DNA of 64,000 bases from a virus (IMGVR_UViG_3300021091_002229:1680-65679); one strand, 5' to 3'. Counted from the first letter of the stretch, positions 30,555 to 40,514 are shown. Numbers and translations are program-made. The notes: generated by a model from the sequence alone, not told the origin.

Positions 30555-30959
30555 ATGAGCGAAAGAAAGTATTTACCAACCTTAGCAGAACTTGTGGATA
30601 GGCTATCTATTTCACAGTTGAAAGAGGTGTTTATCCCACAGCACAAGGATGAATATTCACAAGAAATTAAAGATATTGTACACGATATTCAATTAGTATT
30701 AGATGAACAACAAGGAGCACTTACCGCCGACACTATTCGTGCTATTGTGGTTCTTTCGCAGATGAACTTACATATTTGGCATAATGAGTCGAATTATCGT
30801 AAGGGTATCAAGGAGGGTAATAATCTTGAACTGACGCACGGTATCAATGGTATTCGCAACACCGCCAAGAACAAGATACAAGAAATCGTTGGTGGTCGGA
30901 AGGACTATAAGATTGATTGTTTAGCAGCAGAATTTAAAGATTGGGAAATTAGCTGGTAA
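30555..30959 (+). CDS. Conserved-looking helical hypothetical protein
   Basis: LAELVDRLSI.QLK...N.HIWH.E...N..RN..KNKI; GGGAG RBS. Confidence 0.6.
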   Translation: MSERKYLPTLAELVDRLSISQLKEVFIPQHKDEYSQEIKDIVHDIQLVLDEQQGALTADTIRAIVVLSQMNLHIWHNESNYRKGIKEGNNLELTHGINGIRNTAKNKIQEIVGGRKDYKIDCLAAEFKDWEISW

Positions 30960-30960
30960 T

Positions 30961-31950
30961 ATGAAACAGTATAAATATTTAGTAGTTTGCGGATGTTCTC
31001 AGACATACGGACAAGGATGCGAAGAGCATGAAACATATGGATATCTACTGGCCAAAAAGTTCGGATTGAAATTGATAAATTTGGCTGTGTGTGGAACTGG
31101 ATGGTATGCGGTCGAAACATCTATAACATCATTCATACATAATAATAAAAATATAGTCGATGAGTGTTTTTTCATATTACAGAAGTCTGCGTTAGATAGA
31201 CGAGTAAATTATGACGAAATCGCAATAGCTAGAACTGATGTGTGGGAACATTGGAACATAAAATACTTGTCTAAAATTAATGTATGTTCTTTGGGATTTC
31301 TTGATTGGAAAAAGCATTATCATCCCAGCCACCGTCCCAAGTGGTGGATGGACAAACATCCCCATAGACCAAGCGGAATGTGGTCAAATGTACAAGACTT
31401 GAATATAAGATTGAAATATTTTCCAGAGCATAAACACTATCCGAATTCTAGAAATCATTGGAAATTAAATAAGGACAATAGTGTAAATCCTCCACTAATC
31501 CATGAACAGTTTCAAGAATTAATGTTACATTGGGGACTGAGAATTAATTCGTTTCATTTGTTTTTAAAGAGTGTTGGCGCTGACCACATTATTGTAGATG
31601 GATATTCACCGTTTTTGTCATATAAACTGAACTTTACCAACTATTATAATACAAATGATGAATATGAAATGGTAAAAGAATTCTGGTCAACCGGAACAAA
31701 TGGAGTAGATACAGACGATGTTATGATATATGACTTTAAGAACATCGAAGCTGCTTGGGTATTTGATAGTATTGATATAAAAAATAAGATAGATGATGTA
31801 GTATTGTGGAGTTTGTATCAATTCAAAACACATAATACTAAGTGGAATATTGATGGTGGTCACGCAGGACCGTTAGGTATGAAATTGATAGCAGACGTTT
31901 TGTATAAGAATTTGGTAAGTAAAGGATGGTTTGCCGAAGTATCCAACTAA
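30961..31950 (+). CDS. SGNH-like protein, paralogue 4 of 7
   Basis: CGCSQTYG, INLAVCGTG, C-terminal DGGHAG. Confidence 0.65.
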   Translation: MKQYKYLVVCGCSQTYGQGCEEHETYGYLLAKKFGLKLINLAVCGTGWYAVETSITSFIHNNKNIVDECFFILQKSALDRRVNYDEIAIARTDVWEHWNIKYLSKINVCSLGFLDWKKHYHPSHRPKWWMDKHPHRPSGMWSNVQDLNIRLKYFPEHKHYPNSRNHWKLNKDNSVNPPLIHEQFQELMLHWGLRINSFHLFLKSVGADHIIVDGYSPFLSYKLNFTNYYNTNDEYEMVKEFWSTGTNGVDTDDVMIYDFKNIEAAWVFDSIDIKNKIDDVVLWSLYQFKTHNTKWNIDGGHAGPLGMKLIADVLYKNLVSKGWFAEVSN

Positions 31951-31963
31951 AACGAAATATTAT

Positions 31964-32173
31964 ATGATAATTGTAGAAACTAAAAAACGAACGATATTCA
32001 AAACTGTTAGTTGGAGATTGGTTGCCGTACTGAATTCGTTTTTAGTTTTGACAATACATCTAACGGATAGTAATCTGTTGAACGCTATATACATGAATAT
32101 TAGCGGGTTCTTCGCTTTTTATTTTTTTGAAAGAGTCTGGAGTAAAATAAACTACGGAAGGTATCTAGAATGA
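31964..32173 (+). CDS. DUF2061-like small membrane protein
   Basis: KRTIFKTVSWR...FYFFERVWSKI; paralogue of 39525. Confidence 0.7.
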   Translation: MIIVETKKRTIFKTVSWRLVAVLNSFLVLTIHLTDSNLLNAIYMNISGFFAFYFFERVWSKINYGRYLE

Positions 32174-33372
32174 TATATGTACTTGATAGAAAAACTTGGC
32201 ATTTTGACCCAACGTGGTCTGCGCCAGGAAATCCATTTCAATATGTGGACTTGGAATATTTTATTACAAAGTTTTTGTTTATAAACGAACCAACCACAGT
32301 TAATGTTGTAAATGAAGATAATAGAGCGTCTTTAGAGTTCGTTGACGAATTACTAAAGAACAATTCAGATATAAAAGTATTTGCTTGTAATCTAGATGCG
32401 TTTGTTGATAAAAAGTTGTTACTGCTTTATGACGAAGAAATTTGCAAAAAATACCCACATGTATTTTTTATATTTTTTTATCATGAGTTGGATTTTACGC
32501 TTTTTTTAAATAGTAAAGTAAAAGAATTGAAAAATATCGCGTATGTGTTAAATTCGTTTAGCACAAGTGACATGCCATCGTTAACCAATAAAGTTTTTCC
32601 ATACTATATAATAAATTCATATCTACAAAAAAATTATAGGCTACTACGTCAGTTGTATCAGAGTCAATATAATCTGAGAAAGTATAAGAAGTATAACTTT
32701 TTAAATGGTATACATAAGCCACATAGATATGCAGCATATCAGTTAATTAAAAAGCATGACCTTCTGGATGAGGGATTCTTTTCTTATTTAGACTATCCTC
32801 ACTTTTTAGAACAAGAAGAACATAAAAAACAAACGGCGGAATGGCTAAATATTTCATTAGAAGAGTTTGAAAATGAATTAAAAACTATGAAGATTCCGTA
32901 TCTGTTGGAAACGCATGAACCAATGCCACAACCAGGATTATATGTCACTCCATTTCTAACTCCACCAATATATTCTTGGCAAAGTTATATATCCATCACA
33001 TCGGAAACTAACTATATAGAAAGCTCAAATATTGTTTCCTTGTCTGAAAAATCTTTCAAAGCATTTTCTGGGTTTAATATTCCTTTGATTTATGGACAAC
33101 CGAATATCGTTGATTATTTGAAGGGACTGGGGTTTGATATGTTTGATGACTTGTTCGACAATACGCCGACAAATAATAAAGCAGATACCTTAACTAAGTT
33201 AGATAAAAATTTACAAGTTATTAAAAATATGTCTCTTGAAGAATTACATAATTTTTATGTAAACAATTACGATAGAATAAAGCATAATTTTTATCATTTG
33301 ACTAAACGAATGAAAAATTCTCACTCTGATACAATTAAACAGTCTTATGAAAAATTACAACATATCCGATAG
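32170..33372 (+). CDS. Putative glycosyltransferase-like protein, paralogue 5 of 5
   Basis: YNFLNGIHKPHR, ITSET..LSEKSFK..PLIYG..GFDMFDD. Confidence 0.5.
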   Translation: MIYVLDRKTWHFDPTWSAPGNPFQYVDLEYFITKFLFINEPTTVNVVNEDNRASLEFVDELLKNNSDIKVFACNLDAFVDKKLLLLYDEEICKKYPHVFFIFFYHELDFTLFLNSKVKELKNIAYVLNSFSTSDMPSLTNKVFPYYIINSYLQKNYRLLRQLYQSQYNLRKYKKYNFLNGIHKPHRYAAYQLIKKHDLLDEGFFSYLDYPHFLEQEEHKKQTAEWLNISLEEFENELKTMKIPYLLETHEPMPQPGLYVTPFLTPPIYSWQSYISITSETNYIESSNIVSLSEKSFKAFSGFNIPLIYGQPNIVDYLKGLGFDMFDDLFDNTPTNNKADTLTKLDKNLQVIKNMSLEELHNFYVNNYDRIKHNFYHLTKRMKNSHSDTIKQSYEKLQHIR

Positions 33373-33976
33373 TTGGGATTGGGTCACACATTTTGAAAAT
33401 ACTTTAGCAGAGTATTGTGGGTCAAAATATGCGGTGGCGTGTGATTCCAATACCAATGCAATACGACTCGTATTACACTACTTGAGTATACAAAACCAAC
33501 GCATACACATACCCGCAAGAACATATGTGTCAGTACCCAACCAGATTATACTGTCGGGGAATATACCAGTATTTGTAGATATCGAGTGGCAAGGATTATA
33601 TAATATTGGGAATACTTCTATTGTTGATGCGGCTACAGCCTTTTATAAAGGGATGTACCAAGAAAAATATACAATATTATCTTTTCATTTCAAAAAGATT
33701 TTAAATATTGGAACGGGTGGGATGATTTTGACCAACGATAAAGAGTTTGAACAGTGGGCACGCCCTATGATTTATGATGGCAGACATAAAAATAAGATGT
33801 ATACAGATGACCAATTTGAGTGTGTGGGGTGGCATATGTATATGACGCCAGAGCAAGCAAAGCGTGGATTGGAAATATTCCATTCTGATAAAATTAAAGA
33901 TTGGAATACATCGTGTGGAAGCAGTAATACCTATTCTGATTTACGGCAACAAAATATATTTAAAAAATATCTATGA
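33347..33976 (+). CDS. Short DegT/DnrJ/EryC1/StrS-family PLP sugar aminotransferase
   Basis: FE..LAEYCG.KYAVA.DS.T.A, IP..TY.SV, VDAA, LSFHFKK...G.GGMILT; 209 aa, no C-terminal small domain. Confidence 0.8.
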   Translation: MKNYNISDSWDWVTHFENTLAEYCGSKYAVACDSNTNAIRLVLHYLSIQNQRIHIPARTYVSVPNQIILSGNIPVFVDIEWQGLYNIGNTSIVDAATAFYKGMYQEKYTILSFHFKKILNIGTGGMILTNDKEFEQWARPMIYDGRHKNKMYTDDQFECVGWHMYMTPEQAKRGLEIFHSDKIKDWNTSCGSSNTYSDLRQQNIFKKYL

Positions 33977-34668
33977 AAAAAGTATTTCATTATGGATGCT
34001 CGTTCACAGAAAATATAAAATCGTTTGGACTGGACACTCAGTTTACCAACAGTTGCTTATATTATAACTATGGAAAAACAAGTTCGGGTAATAGATATAT
34101 TATTAATGCGTTTAAGGATACTGCCGAGCCTAATTCTACGACGATTATACAGTGGTCGTCTTTAACAAGACCATCTGATGAAAATTTTAAAATATTACAA
34201 ACGTCTACCAATCCTTTGTATGATTATCTAGAGGAATGGTATATTATATTAGAAGAAGCCAAGCAATTTGCAAAGCAAAATAATATAAAATTAGTACAAT
34301 ATATAGGATGGGCACAGTGGAAGGATAATGAATTAAACAAATACCATCAAGAAAAATTAAACTCATTTGATATTACTTGGTTTGAATCAAAAAAGCAGTG
34401 GGACATGATTCCAGCAAATTGTTTTCAGTTCCAAATTCCAGTCAAATGGAGTTCACCTCCCAAAGAAACACCCGAAGGTACCTTCTCGCTTTGGTCAGAT
34501 ATAAGTTGGGGAGGTATGAGTGAATGGATACGATCTAATGTTGATGTAAAGGAACGATATCTAGGGTGGACAACGGATGTTAAAGTAAACGGAAGATATT
34601 ATGACTCACATCCGTCTGAATACGCCACTACCCAATTTATAAAACAAGTTCTATTACCAAAGATTTGA
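33973..34668 (+). CDS. SGNH-like protein, paralogue 5 of 7
   Basis: YGCSFTE, NYGKTSSGN..I, IQWS..R, DSHPS. Confidence 0.65.
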   Translation: MKKVFHYGCSFTENIKSFGLDTQFTNSCLYYNYGKTSSGNRYIINAFKDTAEPNSTTIIQWSSLTRPSDENFKILQTSTNPLYDYLEEWYIILEEAKQFAKQNNIKLVQYIGWAQWKDNELNKYHQEKLNSFDITWFESKKQWDMIPANCFQFQIPVKWSSPPKETPEGTFSLWSDISWGGMSEWIRSNVDVKERYLGWTTDVKVNGRYYDSHPSEYATTQFIKQVLLPKI

Positions 34669-34672
34669 TGAA

Positions 34673-35710
34673 ATGAAATACATAATTAACACAGGCTGTA
34701 GTTACGGCGTTATGTTTATGTCCTTTAAAGAATTTACGAAAGGTAACAACAGCGAATTTAGAATTATAGATTTACATTGCGATTCTACTGGCGCAGATTA
34801 TGCAAAAAGAAGCGTGATGTATACTGTGTCCAAATTGTTAGAGCGTAATGTATCTCCGAAAGACATGTATGTAATAACAGAATGGTCACAGCCCAATAGA
34901 CTACATGCTGAGTTACCACTAGAGCTTTGTGGAGAAATATTAAACAGTGATAAAAATTTTATAGAAGATACATTTGTTCTGGATAATACATTTAATAAAG
35001 CTCACACATCTGACAAATTTATTATAAAATATAAATCGTTGACTACCATATTCGATGATAGAGTGTATACAAACCCAGAGCATTCTGATTTAAACTCGTT
35101 TACTAACGAGTCTCTTCGTTATTATATAAAAGAGTTTGTAAATAATGCACCAATAAACAGTAAACCGATTGATAGACTGGAAAGTTATCTTACAAATATA
35201 TTAGATCTTCAGAACTTTTTAAAATCGCTTGGTATTCAATATTCATTTTTTCTAATGAACAATTCTTTTGAAGGATATTATAAAGATTTCTCTAATTTTT
35301 ATGATGTAGAAATTACAAGAAATTCTCTTCAACAAGAAAAGATAACATTACCAAACATAAAGGAATCGTTACATATTAAAAGTTTTTCAGACTATCTCTC
35401 TAAAGTATGGAATTTAATAGATTTATCTAATTTTCATTTTTACAAAACCGAAAATTTTAATTATGGCGGTATAGATGAATATACTATGGAAAAGTTCGGA
35501 CACGAAGCATATACTTCTGGTGCGAACCTATGGGACATACCAGATAAAGGATATATGACATCATTTGGTGCACACCCACATGAATCGGTATATGTGAACT
35601 TTTTTATGGATTATATTTACGAAAAAGTGAAACCGTTTATGGGTGAACTGGAGTTCGATTTTACCGATAGATGGTCAAGAAAAAAACACAATGCAATTAG
35701 GCAAGGTTAG
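34673..35710 (+). CDS. SGNH-like protein, paralogue 6 of 7
   Basis: TGCSYG, ITEWSQPNR, GAHPH. Confidence 0.6.
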   Translation: MKYIINTGCSYGVMFMSFKEFTKGNNSEFRIIDLHCDSTGADYAKRSVMYTVSKLLERNVSPKDMYVITEWSQPNRLHAELPLELCGEILNSDKNFIEDTFVLDNTFNKAHTSDKFIIKYKSLTTIFDDRVYTNPEHSDLNSFTNESLRYYIKEFVNNAPINSKPIDRLESYLTNILDLQNFLKSLGIQYSFFLMNNSFEGYYKDFSNFYDVEITRNSLQQEKITLPNIKESLHIKSFSDYLSKVWNLIDLSNFHFYKTENFNYGGIDEYTMEKFGHEAYTSGANLWDIPDKGYMTSFGAHPHESVYVNFFMDYIYEKVKPFMGELEFDFTDRWSRKKHNAIRQG

Positions 35711-35712
35711 TA

Positions 35713-36060
35713 ATGACAAATTTAGTTTACTTTTTTTATTCTTTGGGATTGTTTATTTTAGGTTCGTTCGGACACTGGTATATCATGTACTGGCAGTTTA
35801 AGAATCCCAACTGGATTAAAATGCCAGTACCATATATATTAGCAGCAGTATCCGCATTTTTCTGGATTTCCGCTTCTCATTATGGAGTCAAAGCTTTTAA
35901 TGGTGAGATGTGGTCGAATCGTTTCTTATTCTTCGTAACGGGTATAATGGTAGCAGCTATATTATATCCATATCATTTTGGACAACCGTTTACAGAAAAA
36001 ACGTTTGTGCAATTATTACTTGCATTGACAATAATCCTTGTAAGTCTACTTTGGAAATAA
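35713..36060 (+). CDS. Small membrane protein (about 4 TM)
   Basis: Four hydrophobic segments in 115 aa. Confidence 0.65.
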   Translation: MTNLVYFFYSLGLFILGSFGHWYIMYWQFKNPNWIKMPVPYILAAVSAFFWISASHYGVKAFNGEMWSNRFLFFVTGIMVAAILYPYHFGQPFTEKTFVQLLLALTIILVSLLWK

Positions 36061-36061
36061 T

Positions 36062-36841
36062 ATGATACATAAAAAAACAGAGTGGGATTCTAGTAAAACT
36101 AAGTATGGATTTGGTAGAAATAAAGTAGATAATTTCTTAGATGAGTCTACAGCTCATGCTCTATACGAAGAATGTATGTCTGCGCCTAAAGGTGGATGGA
36201 CGGTGTTTACTCGTGCGGGTTCTCGTATGGAAGAGTTTAACGATTTGATTTCGTTACCAACCGCACACAGAGTTACATACGATATTATGCATTCTGGTGA
36301 GTTTTTATACGAACTAGAACAAATGACAAACATTGTCGGATTGTTACCCGACCCACATTTAGTTGGTGCGGGATACTCTATTATCAGAAATGGAAATAAT
36401 CTCGGGTGTCACTATGATTTTAATTGGAACGACCGTGTACGATTACATAGAAAATTGACATCATTATTATACATTACACCGGACTGGCAAGATGATTGGG
36501 GTGGTCACATTCAATACTACGATGATAATATCGATGTCAATCCAAACGCAAAACTAATTGAATCGGTAGCACCAAGATTTAATAGATTTGTTATTAACGA
36601 GAATATTAAGCACGGACCATATCACCGAGTCAGTGCGGTAAACGCACCAGATGATATTGGTCGGTGTGCAATTCGTTTCTTCTATTATATCAGTACTTCT
36701 GACCCAGATAAGGATAATCCTCCGCACAGAAGTACATATAAATCTAATGAATACTCACATCACAAGTTGTATGAAGAAGAAAATTGGAATGGTCATTTCG
36801 TAGGACAAGGTGGCGAGGACTATGGGTATAAACCAAAATAA
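36062..36841 (+). CDS. 2OG-Fe(II) oxygenase (prolyl-hydroxylase-like)
   Basis: PDPHLVGAG, HYDFN, LLY...W...WGG, PRFNR, YH.V, R.AI. Confidence 0.85.
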   Translation: MIHKKTEWDSSKTKYGFGRNKVDNFLDESTAHALYEECMSAPKGGWTVFTRAGSRMEEFNDLISLPTAHRVTYDIMHSGEFLYELEQMTNIVGLLPDPHLVGAGYSIIRNGNNLGCHYDFNWNDRVRLHRKLTSLLYITPDWQDDWGGHIQYYDDNIDVNPNAKLIESVAPRFNRFVINENIKHGPYHRVSAVNAPDDIGRCAIRFFYYISTSDPDKDNPPHRSTYKSNEYSHHKLYEEENWNGHFVGQGGEDYGYKPK

Positions 36842-38759
36842 GATATCGTTTGTACAACCAAACTTCCGACAAGGACCTGGTGGAGTTGCGGCATACCTTC
36901 CATATAGTGTGGGTATATTGTGGTCATACGCACTGACAAATGAAACAATAAAAACTAACTTAGTATTAGATAAGTTAGTTTATAAACGGGAACCTATTGA
37001 AGAGTTGGCAACTAGGTTATCAAAAAACAATATAGTCGCGTTTTCAACTTATGTCTGGAATAGAAATTATAATTTTAAGTTGGCAAAACGAGTTAAAGAA
37101 CTAAATCCAAATGTATTGGTGTTGTTTGGTGGACCGGAGCCGCCAATAACAAATCCAGATATATTTTCTATCATGCCGTTCTGTGATATAGTTGTCAAGG
37201 GGGAAGGAGAATATACTTTTTCTTCGTTGATTGAAAAGTGGATTAATAAGGAAGATTACAGCAAAGTATCTGGATTGCTTATAAACGAAAACGGTAAGTG
37301 TAAAGACACTGGTGTACCAGAACGCATACAAGATTTAGATACTGTTCCTTCACCATATTTAACTGGTGTATTTGATTCTATATTACCGCTTGAGAGTGAA
37401 TGGAACGCTGTCATAGAAACCAACAGAGGATGCCCATATCAATGTACATTTTGTGATTGGGGGTCATTAACATACTCTAAGATGAAAAAATTTAATCTTA
37501 CCAGAGTATTTCACGAAATCGAATGGATGTCCGAAAACAAGATTGGATATATGGATGTTGCTGACTCTAACTTCGGTATTTTTATAGAAAGAGATAATTC
37601 CATAGTAGACAAGCTAATCGAAGTACAAACAAAGAATGGATATCCGTATCGGACGGGGTGGAGTTGGGCTAAGAATCAGCAGTCAGAAGTTGTACAGATA
37701 GCAAAGAAACTTATTAGAAGTGGACACTTTAATAATGGTCTCACCATATCATTACAAAGCATGGACGAAAATACTCTAAAGACTGTCAAGCGAAATAATA
37801 TGGGTATCAATAAAATCCATCAGATATTCGATGAGTGTAGAAAAGATGGCGTACCACTTAATGTCGAGTTGATATTAGGATTGCCTGGAGAGACACTAGA
37901 AAGTTGGCAAAATACGATGTATGGAGTGTTTGAAGTTGGTCAACATGATAGTGTAGAGGTGTGGCAGGCGCAGTTGTTAGAAAATGCCGAGATGAATTTA
38001 ACTCAACGACAATCCTTTAATATACGAGGACAAAAAGTAACCGATTATTTTCCAAATGGAGTGGACAACGAAGCACCAGAATACTCGGAAATAGTAACGG
38101 AAACTTCTACAATGAGTTTGGATGATATGATAGAAGGGTATAAGTTATCGTGGTTTTTGATAACTTGGCATACCGGCGGATTTTCGCAGTATATTTCCAG
38201 ATTTCTAAGAAAATATATGAACTTATCTTATAAAGAGTTTTATACGGGATTCAGAAAGTTTTTAGAAGTCAATGAGTTTTGGAGAGAGCAAGAATATAAA
38301 ATGACTAACATTATAAAAGAATGGTATACTAATGGTGGTCAAATCATATCTCAATTGGGGCCGATAACGATAACAGCTTCTACAAATCAGTATAGAACAT
38401 TATTTGAAATTCATTTTAATCAGATGTACGAAAAAATGTATCAACTTGTAGATGATTACACAAAAACCTTTGAGCTACCAAGTCTACTACATTCTGATTT
38501 GATACGCTTAAATACATGTGTTGTGGCAAGACAAAGAAATTTAAAGGATTATCAAATTAAAACAAAGTATAATATACTAGAATATATATCAAGTAGTCAT
38601 ATCGATTTGCGTAAAGTAAATTCACTAGTTGATATCAAATATCCACATGACCCAATACGAAGTAAAGAATTGGCTTGGTTTATGGAAAGTATCTTTTTTG
38701 CTAGACGACGCAGTTTTGGTAAAAATTATTTAAGTGGTGGTGTAAATTATGAAAATTGA
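36822..38759 (+). CDS. Cobalamin-binding radical SAM protein
   Basis: N-terminal B12-binding domain (STYVWN, FGGPE, GEGE, PSPY); ETNRGCPYQCTFCDW; ELILGLPGET. Confidence 0.9.
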   Translation: MGINQNKISFVQPNFRQGPGGVAAYLPYSVGILWSYALTNETIKTNLVLDKLVYKREPIEELATRLSKNNIVAFSTYVWNRNYNFKLAKRVKELNPNVLVLFGGPEPPITNPDIFSIMPFCDIVVKGEGEYTFSSLIEKWINKEDYSKVSGLLINENGKCKDTGVPERIQDLDTVPSPYLTGVFDSILPLESEWNAVIETNRGCPYQCTFCDWGSLTYSKMKKFNLTRVFHEIEWMSENKIGYMDVADSNFGIFIERDNSIVDKLIEVQTKNGYPYRTGWSWAKNQQSEVVQIAKKLIRSGHFNNGLTISLQSMDENTLKTVKRNNMGINKIHQIFDECRKDGVPLNVELILGLPGETLESWQNTMYGVFEVGQHDSVEVWQAQLLENAEMNLTQRQSFNIRGQKVTDYFPNGVDNEAPEYSEIVTETSTMSLDDMIEGYKLSWFLITWHTGGFSQYISRFLRKYMNLSYKEFYTGFRKFLEVNEFWREQEYKMTNIIKEWYTNGGQIISQLGPITITASTNQYRTLFEIHFNQMYEKMYQLVDDYTKTFELPSLLHSDLIRLNTCVVARQRNLKDYQIKTKYNILEYISSSHIDLRKVNSLVDIKYPHDPIRSKELAWFMESIFFARRRSFGKNYLSGGVNYEN

Positions 38760-39528
38760 TATTACAAATAAAAAATATCTGGTAACATCTGGTTGCTCTT
38801 TCACAGATGGGTTTAACATGAAAGAAAAGGGAAGTTGGGCTTATTATTTATCTGATATGCTGGGATTGGAATTAATAAACAAAGCACGGGGTGGTAGTGG
38901 AAACGAATATATTTCAGACTCTATAATTATAAAACTTATGAATAACCCTGAAGTAATGGAAAACTGTGTAGTTGGTGTTGCTTGGTCATCTTTTTCAAGA
39001 TTGATGAGTCCTATATATGACGGTACTTGGAATGTGTTGGATACCGTTCAACCGTTTGATTTTATGGACATAAATGGTAGTAAGGGAAAGTATTACGAAC
39101 AGAGAAAAGCAGGAGAAGTATTTTTTAAAGATATACTTTTTTGTGTTTATAAAACTTATATGGCAATAGCAAAACTAAATCATTTTTTAGATTTGTATAA
39201 AATTCCTTATTTTTATATGGACGCGATATCACCAAATAAAGTAAAAAGAACGGATAGTGAAGTGCATATTATAGGTATGCACGAATCTGTTCTGACTATT
39301 GATGCAAAGGCTTGGCCAAATCAATATAGAGATGTCATCAATGATACTTTTAATTCTACTATATTTAAAAATTATTTAAATATTAATGGGCATACAACAA
39401 TATCTGAATTCATATTTACCGACTATAACAAGTATCAGAGTGGAAATCCCGGCCACCCCAACGATATAGCATCTATAGAAGTTGCAAAATCTATTTGTAA
39501 TCAAATTGAATTTATGAGATTGACATGA
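38749..39528 (+). CDS. SGNH-like protein, paralogue 7 of 7
   Basis: SGCSFTDG, INKARGGSGNEYI, VAWS..R, GHPN. Confidence 0.7.
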   Translation: MKIDITNKKYLVTSGCSFTDGFNMKEKGSWAYYLSDMLGLELINKARGGSGNEYISDSIIIKLMNNPEVMENCVVGVAWSSFSRLMSPIYDGTWNVLDTVQPFDFMDINGSKGKYYEQRKAGEVFFKDILFCVYKTYMAIAKLNHFLDLYKIPYFYMDAISPNKVKRTDSEVHIIGMHESVLTIDAKAWPNQYRDVINDTFNSTIFKNYLNINGHTTISEFIFTDYNKYQSGNPGHPNDIASIEVAKSICNQIEFMRLT

Positions 39529-39746
39529 CAGTTCACGTAAAAAGACACATAGTTAAGGCAATTACTTACAGAATAGTAGGCACCTTGACAACATTCATCA
39601 TTTCGTATATATTTACGGGTAGCATATCTCTATCATCAGCGATAGGAGTTACTGAGTTAGTAGTAAAACCCGTCAATTATTTTTTACACGAACGGGTGTG
39701 GTATAAGTGGATAAAATTTGGTCTTACTAATAAGAACAAGGATTGA
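39525..39746 (+). CDS. DUF2061-like small membrane protein
   Basis: KRHIVKAITYRIVGT...YFLHERVW. Confidence 0.75.
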   Translation: MTVHVKRHIVKAITYRIVGTLTTFIISYIFTGSISLSSAIGVTELVVKPVNYFLHERVWYKWIKFGLTNKNKD

Positions 39747-39749
39747 TAT

Positions 39750-40514
39750 ATGAGAATTTTGATTATGGGATTGCCTGGGTCTGGAAAGACCACATTATCT
39801 AAAGTATTAGCGGAAAAGTTAGGCGCTGCCTATTTTAACGCAGATGAAGTGCGAAAACAATTTAATGATTGGGACTTTTCTGAAACGGGTCGCAAACGTC
39901 AAGCCCATCGGATGCGTGAACTGTGTGATATGGTTGAGACTCATCACGTGGTAGCAGATTTCGTTTGCCCCACAGAACAGACCCGTGAATTCTTTGCACC
40001 AGATTTCGTTGTGTTTATGAATACGATAGACGCTGGACGGTTCGAGGATACCAATAGAGTGTTTGAGGTACCCGAAAAGGTAAACGTATTGGTGAATGGA
40101 TGGATAGACCCAAATGCACAAGCAGACATCATTATTGAACAAATTAAGAAAGCGGACGTACAGTTTGGTTGGCAGAACCCGACGGGTCTTATGATAGGTC
40201 GGTTCCAACCATTTCACGATGGACATTTGAAGTTATTTGAGACTATTTTGGAAAAGGAAGGTCAGGTACTCATCGCCATTCGGGATACCTACAATACCGA
40301 CGAAAAGAATCCATTCAATTATGTCGAAGTGGTTGAAGGTATCCATAAGAAACTGGAAGATAAGTATAGTGGAAAATACTATATAATATCGGTCCCAAAC
40401 ATCACAGGCGTTTATTATGGTCGAGATGTGGGGTATAAGGTAGAAAAAATCAATCTTGACCCTCAAACTGAATCCATTTCCGCCACCCAAATTCGAAAGG
40501 AAATGGGTAAATAA
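39750..40514 (+). CDS. Adenylyl-sulfate kinase (CysC)-like domain fused to an HxGH nucleotidyltransferase domain
   Basis: MGLPGSGKTT, NADEVR, DFS..GR, DFVCP; then GRFQPFHDGH...ISATQIR. Confidence 0.82.
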   Translation: MRILIMGLPGSGKTTLSKVLAEKLGAAYFNADEVRKQFNDWDFSETGRKRQAHRMRELCDMVETHHVVADFVCPTEQTREFFAPDFVVFMNTIDAGRFEDTNRVFEVPEKVNVLVNGWIDPNAQADIIIEQIKKADVQFGWQNPTGLMIGRFQPFHDGHLKLFETILEKEGQVLIAIRDTYNTDEKNPFNYVEVVEGIHKKLEDKYSGKYYIISVPNITGVYYGRDVGYKVEKINLDPQTESISATQIRKEMGK

